From positions 1 to 5,348 of the forward strand of contig NW_003314750.1 in assembly GCF_000143415.4 (NCBI RefSeq): DNA of 5,348 bases, written 5' to 3'. This stretch comes from Selaginella moellendorffii (Eukaryota > Plantae > Lycopodiophyta). Below the pieces are notes generated by a model. That model saw only the letters and a program-made list of their open reading frames with translations, searched no databases and was not told where the DNA came from. Below, one piece after another: positions 1 to 5,348 of this stretch. Each line of letters begins with the position of its first letter. Position 1 is the stretch's first letter. A program made the translations under genes and the position numbers.

Positions 1-20
1 GGGAGCCTTTCCCTTCTTTC

Positions 21-69
21 AAGGACGGCAGTGCCAGCTTGCATGCTGCATGTAACTCTACAGGATCCC
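21..69 (+). other. Cloning-vector remnant (pUC18/M13mp18 polylinker read from the M13 forward side, ending at the SmaI half-site)
   Basis: aaggacggc-agtgcc-agcttgcatgc-tgcatgtaactctacaggatccc aligns, with read-start errors, to AACGACGGCCAGTGCCAAGCTTGCATGCCTGCAGGTCGACTCTAGAGGATCCCC (HindIII-SphI-PstI-SalI-XbaI-BamHI-SmaI). Bases 1-20 are probably base-calling noise. Confidence 0.93.
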
Positions 70-472
70 TTCCAGCCAATTCGGATCGATGCCCTCGACG
101 CGGGCTTCGCCACGGCGCTCCTAGGGGTCGCGTTTCCAGTGCAGGCCCCGAGCGGCCAGTGCGGTGTTGTTTCTCGAGAGTGAGATGCACTCCCGGCGGC
201 AGCCCACGCATGGGGCCCGCGATCCGTTGGCACGGCCGCGACCGGGGCGTACGCCGGCCGGCCCCGTTGGTGCCGGAGTGCGGGCGGGCACACGGATCGC
301 CACGTGGGACGCATCTTCTTCCGTGGGAAAAACCACAAAAGCAGGCGCCCAGGACATGGAAAAATGTACTTGGCCACATGGGCCAGTTGCGCGCACCGCC
401 CCAGTTGCTCCCATGTGCCCAAGGGCGAAAGGGGGCCCACGGTCCACGAGATATGGCAACGGGAACAGCACA

Positions 473-766
473 AAACCCATTGCAATGGTGTGGGACGGTG
501 GAGCAACGAAATCGGGATCCGTTTCTGTGGAAACGGGTGGACTCACGCAAGCTTTCCAACGGTTCAAGTCCCACCGCAAACCGAGCCATGGATGTTGCCC
601 ACTCGCTCGAAAACCCAGCGTCAAACCCATCGCAATGGTGCGGGCCGGTGGAGCGACGAAATCCAGATCCGTTTCTGTGGAAACGGGTGGACTCACGCAA
701 GCTTTCCAACGGTTCAAGTCCCACCGCAAACCGAGCCATGGATCTTGCCCACTCGCGCAAAACCCA
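473..766. repeat. Internal direct duplication, period 150 bp (unit 1)
   Basis: 473-606 versus 623-756: 7 mismatches in 134 bp, with a 78-bp identical core (516-593 = 666-743). Confidence 0.95.
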
Positions 767-943
767 TATCCAGACCCTAGCCCTAGCCACGTGTCACGGG
801 GACCGCCGGTCAAACTCATCGCCGCCGGTCAACCACCCCACCGCACCGACGGCCGCGATTGCCCCAACTTAAGCCCCACTTAATCGCACTAAGCGCTCCC
901 CATAATCGCCCTTTGCTAGTTAAACCCCCTCCCCCACAAACCC

Positions 944-954
944 AATAAATTTAA
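944..954 (+). promoter_or_regulatory. AT-rich, TATA-like element about 30 bp upstream of the candidate RNA
   Basis: AATAAATTTAA is 11 consecutive A/T bases in a GC-rich unit, positioned where TFIIIB/TBP would bind. Confidence 0.4.
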
Positions 955-986
955 CCGACACGAAATATGTAACGGAGAGGTGGTAG

Positions 987-997
987 AGGCCTAGTGG
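987..997 (+). promoter_or_regulatory. Pol III internal A-box (present in every unit)
   Basis: AGGCCTAGTGG versus the tRNA-type TRGCNNAGYGG: one mismatch, at the first position. It lies about 11-14 nt after the presumed start. Confidence 0.6.
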
Positions 998-1041
998 CAG
1001 AGACCCCCAATCTAAAAACAAGTCCACTCAAATAGGTCCCT

Positions 1042-1052
1042 GGGTCGAGACC
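1042..1052 (+). promoter_or_regulatory. Pol III internal B-box (present in every unit)
   Basis: GGGTCGAGACC versus GGTTCGANNCC: one mismatch. It starts 44 nt after the end of the A-box, a normal A-B distance. Confidence 0.6.
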
Positions 1053-1068
1053 CACCCGGAGCCACCTC

Positions 1069-1073
1069 TTTTT
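1069..1073 (+). terminator. Pol III oligo-T terminator (also 2317-2321 and 4884-4888)
   Basis: T5 run at the end of the 3' strand of the terminal stem. It is the only top-strand T5 run I see in the unit. Confidence 0.55.
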
Positions 1074-1720
1074 GGCACAATTTAAGTAGTGGAGGGAATA
1101 TCTCTCGGAATAATGGAGAATGCGGGCGTTGGGGGCCGTTTTCTCGCGAACCGTGCGTGCGTTTCGCGTGGGACTGGCGCCGTTGGGTTCGTGTTCGTGG
1201 GGGGCACCCTCCCCAGTGACAGGAGGTGCAAGGACCTCTCGGGGTTTGCCCCTTTCGCCCAGCGGTCGCAAGGGTGTGCCGTTTTCGACAAGGCACGCAC
1301 GGTGCCAGCATGGCATGGGGGGCCCAGCCAATTCGGATCGATGCCCTCGACGCGGGCTTCGCCACGGCGCTCCTGGGGTCGCGTTCCAGTGCAGGCCCGA
1401 GCGCCAGTGCGGTGTTTTCCTCGAGAGTGAGATGCACTCCCGGCGGCAGCCCACGCATGGGGCCCGCGATCCGTTGGCACGGCCGCGACCGGGGCGTCAC
1501 GCCGGCCGGCCCCGTTGGTGCCGGAGTGCGGGCGGGCACACGGATCGCCACGTGGGACGCATCTTCTTCCGTGGGAAAAACCACAAAAGCAGGCGCCCAG
1601 GACATGGAAAAATGTACTTGGCCACATGGGCCAGTTGCGCGCACCGCCCCAGTTGCTCCCATGTGCCCAAGGGCGAAAGGGGGCCCACGGTCCACGAGAT
1701 ATGGCAACGGGAACAGCACA

Positions 1721-2014
1721 AAACCCATTGCAATGGTGTGGGACGGTGGAGCAACGAAATCGGGATCCGTTTCTGTGGAAACGGGTGGACTCACGCAAGC
1801 TTTCCAACGGTTCAAGTCCCACCGCAAACCGAGCCATGGATGTTGCCCACTCGCTCGAAAACCCAGCGTCAAACCCATCGCAATGGTGCGGGCCGGTGGA
1901 GCGACGAAATCCAGATCCGTTTCTGTGGAAACGGGTGGACTCACGCAAGCTTTCCAACGGTTCAAGTCCCACCGCAAACCGAGCCATGGATCTTGCCCAC
2001 TCGCGCAAAACCCA
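1721..2014. repeat. Internal 150-bp duplication (unit 2)
   Basis: Same two sub-repeats with the same diagnostic differences. Confidence 0.95.
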
Positions 2015-2221
2015 TATCCAGACCCTAGCCCTAGCCACGTGTCACGGGGACCGCCGGTCAAACTCATCGCCGCCGGTCAACCACCCCACCGCACCGACGG
2101 CCGCGATTGCCCCAACTTAAGCCCCACTTAATCGCACTAAGCGCTCCCCATAATCGCCCTTTGCTAGTTAAACCCCCTCCCCCACAAACCCAATAAATTT
2201 AACCGACACGAAATATGTAAC

Positions 2222-2321
2222 GGAGAGGTGGTAGAGGCCTAGTGGCAGAGACCCCCAATCTAAAAACAAGTCCACTCAAATAGGTCCCTGGGTCGAGACC
2301 CACCCGGAGCCACCTCTTTTT
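2222..2321 (+). ncRNA. Candidate Pol III small RNA, copy 2
   Basis: Identical to copy 1. Confidence 0.62.
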
Positions 2322-2969
2322 GGCACAATTTAAGTAGTGGAGGGAATATTCTCTCGGAATAATGGAGAATGCGGGCGTTGGGGGCCGTTTTCTCGCGAAC
2401 CGTGCGTGCGTTTCGCGTGGGACTGGCGCCGTTGGGTTCGTGTTCGTGGGGGGCACCCTCCCCAGTGACAGGAGGTGCAAGGACCTCTCGGGGTTTGCCC
2501 CTTTCGCCCAGCGGTCGCAAGGGTGTGCCGTTTTCGACAAGGCACGCACGGTGCCAGCATGGCATGGGGGGCCCAGCCAATTCGGATCGATGCCCTCGAC
2601 GCGGGCTTCGCCACGGCGCTCCTGGGGTCGCGTTCCAGTGCAGGCCCGAGCGCCAGTGCGGTGTTTTCCTCGAGAGTGAGATGCACTCCCGGCGGCAGCC
2701 CACGCATGGGGCCCGCGATCCGTTGGCACGGCCGCGACCGGGGCGTCACGCCGGCCGGCCCCGTTGGTGCCGGAGTGCGGGCGGGCACACGGATCGCCAC
2801 GTGGGACGCATCTTCTTCCGTGGGAAAAACCACAAAAGCAGGCGCCCAGGACATGGAAAAATGTACTTGGCCACATGGGCCAGTTGCGCGCACCGCCCCA
2901 GTTGCTCCCATGTGCCCAAGGGCGAAAGGGGGCCCACGGTCCACGAGATATGGCAACGGGAACAGCACA

Positions 2970-3262
2970 AAACCCATTGCAATGGTGTGGGACGGTGGAG
3001 CAACGAAATCGGGATCCGTTTCTGTGGAAACGGGTGGACTCACGCAAGCTTTCCAACGGTTCAAGTCCCACCGCAAACCGAGCCATGGATGTTGCCCACT
3101 CGCTCGAAACCCAGCGTCAAACCCATCGCAATGGTGCGGGCCGGTGGAGCGACGAAATCCAGATCCGTTTCTGTGGAAACGGGTGGACTCACGCAAGCTT
3201 TCCAACGGTTCAAGTCCCACCGCAAACCGAGCCATGGATCTTGCCCACTCGCGCAAAACCCA
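2970..3262. repeat. Internal 150-bp duplication (unit 3)
   Basis: Same two sub-repeats, with one A missing near 3108. Confidence 0.95.
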
Positions 3263-3468
3263 TATCCAGACCCTAGCCCTAGCCACGTGTCACGGGGACC
3301 GCCGGTCAAACTCATCGCCGCCGGTCAACCACCCCACCGCACCGACGGCCGCGATTGCCCCAACTTAAGCCCCACTTAATCGCACTAAGCGCTCCCCATA
3401 ATCGCCCTTTGCTAGTTAACCCCCTCCCCCACAAACCCAATCCATTTAACCGACACGAAATATGTAAC

Positions 3469-3550
3469 GGAGAGGTGGTAGAGGCCTAGTGGCAGAGACC
3501 CCCAATCTAAAAACAAGTCCACTCAAATAGGTCCCTGGGTCGAGACCCAC
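3469..3550 (+). ncRNA. Candidate Pol III small RNA, copy 3 (3' end lost in N gap)
   Basis: Identical to copy 1 through the B-box, then Ns. Confidence 0.55.
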
Positions 3551-3650
3551 NNNNNNNNNNNNNNNNNNNNNNNNNNNNNNNNNNNNNNNNNNNNNNNNNN
3601 NNNNNNNNNNNNNNNNNNNNNNNNNNNNNNNNNNNNNNNNNNNNNNNNNN
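3551..3650. other. Assembly gap (100 N)
   Basis: 100 Ns stand where other units have 30 bp (CCGGAGCCACCTCTTTTTGGCACAATTTAA). 100 is a conventional placeholder length. Confidence 0.95.
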
Positions 3651-4286
3651 GTAGTGGAGGGAATATTCTCTCGGAATAATGGAGAATGCGGGCGTTGGGG
3701 GCCGTTTTCTCGCGAACCGTGCGTGCGTTTCGCGTGGGACTGGCGCCGTTGGGTTCGTGTTCGTGGGGGGCACCCTCCCCAGTGACAGGAGGTGCAAGGA
3801 CCTCTCGGGGTTTGCCCCTTTCGCCCAGCGGTCGCAAGGGTGTGCCGTTTTCGACAAGGCACGCACGGTGCCAGCATGGCATGGGGGGCCCAGCCAATTC
3901 GGATCGATGCCCTCGACGCGGGCTTCGCCACGGCGCTCCTGGGGTCGCGTTCCAGTGCAGGCCCGAGCGCCAGTGCGGTGTTTTCCTCGAGAGTGAGATG
4001 CACTCCCGGCGGCAGCCCACGCATGGGGCCCGCGATCCGTTGGCACGGCCGCGACCGGGGCGTCACGCCGGCCGGCCCCGTTGGTGCCGGAGTGCGGGCG
4101 GGCACACGGATCGCCACGTGGGACGCATCTTCTTCCGTGGGAAAAACCACAAAAGCAGGCGCCCAGGACATGGAAAAATGTACTTGGCCACATGGGCCAG
4201 TTGCGCGCACCGCCCCAGTTGCTCCCATGTGCCCAAGGGCGAAAGGGGGCCCACGGTCCACGAGATATGGCAACGGGAACAGCACA

Positions 4287-4581
4287 AAACCCATTGCAAT
4301 GGTGTGGGACGGTGGAGCAAACGAAATCGGGAGCCGTTTCTGTGGAANNNNNNNNNNNNNNNNNNNNNNNNNNNNNNNNNNNNNNNNNNNNNNNNNNNNN
4401 NNNNNNNNNNNNNNNNNNNNNNNNNNNNNNNNNNNNNNNNNNNNNNNNNNNNNNNNNNNNNNNNNNNNNNNNNNNNNNNNNNNNNNNNNNNNNNNNNNNN
4501 NNTGGACTCACGCAAGCTTTCGAACGGTTCAAGTCCCACCGCAAACCGAGCCATGGATCTTGCCCACTCGCGCAAAACCCA
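4287..4581. repeat. Internal 150-bp duplication (unit 4, middle hidden by Ns)
   Basis: The start of sub-repeat A and the end of sub-repeat B flank a 155-N gap. Confidence 0.8.
4348..4502. other. Assembly gap (155 N)
   Basis: 155 Ns, exactly the length missing relative to the unit consensus (5 + 150 bp). Confidence 0.95.
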
Positions 4582-4788
4582 TATCCAGACCCTAGCCCTA
4601 GCCACGTGTCACGGGGACCGCCGGTCAAACTCATCGCCGCCGGTCAACCACCCCACCGCACCGACGGCCGCGATTGCCCCAACTTAAGCCCCACTTAATC
4701 GCACTAAGCGCTCCCCATAATCGCCCTTTGCTAGTTAAACCCCCTCCCCCACAAACCCAATAAATTTAACCGACACGAAATATGTAAC

Positions 4789-4888
4789 GGAGAGGTGGTA
4801 GAGGCCTAGTGGCAGAGACCCCCAATCTAAAAACAAGTCCACTCAAATAGGTCCCTGGGTCGAGACCCACCCGGAGCCACCTCTTTTT
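4789..4888 (+). ncRNA. Candidate Pol III small RNA, copy 4
   Basis: Identical to copy 1. Confidence 0.62.
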
Positions 4889-5348
4889 GGCACAATTTAA
4901 GTAGTGGAGGGAATATTCTCTCGGAATAATGGAGAATGCGGGCGTTGGGGGCCGTTTTCTCGCGAACCGTGCGTGCGTTTCGCGTGGGACTGGCGCCGTT
5001 GGGTTCGTGTTCGTGGGGGGCACCCTCCCCAGTGACAGGAGGTGCAAGGACCTCTCGGGGTTTGCCCCTTTCGCCCAGCGGTCGCAAGGGTGTGCCGTTT
5101 TCGACAAGGCACGCACGGTGCCAGCATGGCATGGGGGGCCCAGCCAATTCGGATCGATGCCCTCGACGCGGGCTTCGCCACGGCGCTCCTGGGGTCGCGT
5201 TCCAGTGCAGGCCCGAGCGCCAGTGCGGTGTTTTCCTCGAGAGTGAGATGCACTCCCGGCGGCAGCCCACGCATGGGGCCCGCGATCCGTTGGCACGGCC
5301 GCGACCGGGGCGTCACGCCGGCCGGCCCCGTGGTGCCGGAGTGCGGGC

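Larger units (their letters stand above)
974..1073 (+). ncRNA. Candidate Pol III type-2 small RNA with vault-RNA-like architecture, copy 1
   Basis: AGAGGTGG (976-983) is the perfect complement of CCACCTCT (1062-1069), extendable by G-U pairs. A-box-like AGGCCTAGTGG at 987-997, B-box-like GGGTCGAGACC at 1042-1052, TTTTT at 1069-1073. The exact start (974-977) is inferred. Confidence 0.62.
72..5348. repeat. Tandem array (macrosatellite or ncRNA gene array), unit ~1249 bp, ~4.2 copies visible
   Basis: The landmark TTAACCGACACG recurs at 951, 2199, 3446 and 4766 (spacings 1248, 1247, 1320, the last including 70 surplus Ns). After allowing for single-base indels every interval reduces to 1249. 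Copies are almost identical. Confidence 0.98.

Noticed and set aside
473-766. CRISPR array or hammerhead-ribozyme satellite
   Set aside because: There are no short repeats with unique spacers and no cas genes. CGAAA is present, but I found no CTGANGA core on either strand.
775-788. Telomeric tract
   Set aside because: Only two CCCTAG hexamers, internal to the unit.
980-1065. tRNA gene (including an intron-containing or CUA-anticodon tRNA from TCTAAA)
   Set aside because: With the A and B boxes placed at canonical tRNA positions, the acceptor stem and the 5-bp T-stem do not pair. There is no anticodon stem around TCTAAA.
974-1073. Y RNA or sbRNA
   Set aside because: The terminal stem lacks the bulged-C Ro60-binding helix. 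Internal A/B boxes argue for a type-2 rather than a type-3 Pol III gene.
72-1320. 5S rRNA, spliceosomal snRNA or spliced-leader RNA repeat unit
   Set aside because: I found no recognisable 5S, U1, U2 or U6 signature, no known SL exon and no canonical Sm site on either strand. A very divergent SL RNA cannot be fully excluded by eye.
3438-3447. Variant upstream element (AATCCATTT instead of AATAAATTT) as a silenced copy
   Set aside because: It lies about 100 bp from a gap edge and near another indel, so sequencing error is more likely.
39-5316. Long overlapping ORFs (85-375 aa) in most frames
   Set aside because: They are expected in stop-poor GC-rich DNA. They are open in several frames on both strands at once, are R/P/G/A-rich, show no recognisable domain, shift frame between copies, and some run through vector or Ns.

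Overview
Non-coding window, probably eukaryotic, from a Sanger-era draft assembly. Bases ~21-69 are a low-quality read of untrimmed pUC18/M13mp18 polylinker. The rest (72-5348) is about 4.2 near-identical head-to-tail copies of a GC- and CpG-rich unit of ~1249 bp, interrupted by two N gaps. Each unit carries one ~100-nt candidate RNA polymerase III (type-2 promoter) small RNA gene. It has an A-box, a B-box, complementary 5'/3' ends, a T5 terminator and an AT-rich element about 30 bp upstream. It does not fold as a tRNA, and its layout resembles vault RNA. The spacer contains an internal 150-bp duplication, several palindromes and inverted repeats, and an excess of AACGG/CCGTT. None of the ORFs looks like a real protein-coding gene. 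The host organism cannot be determined from the sequence.
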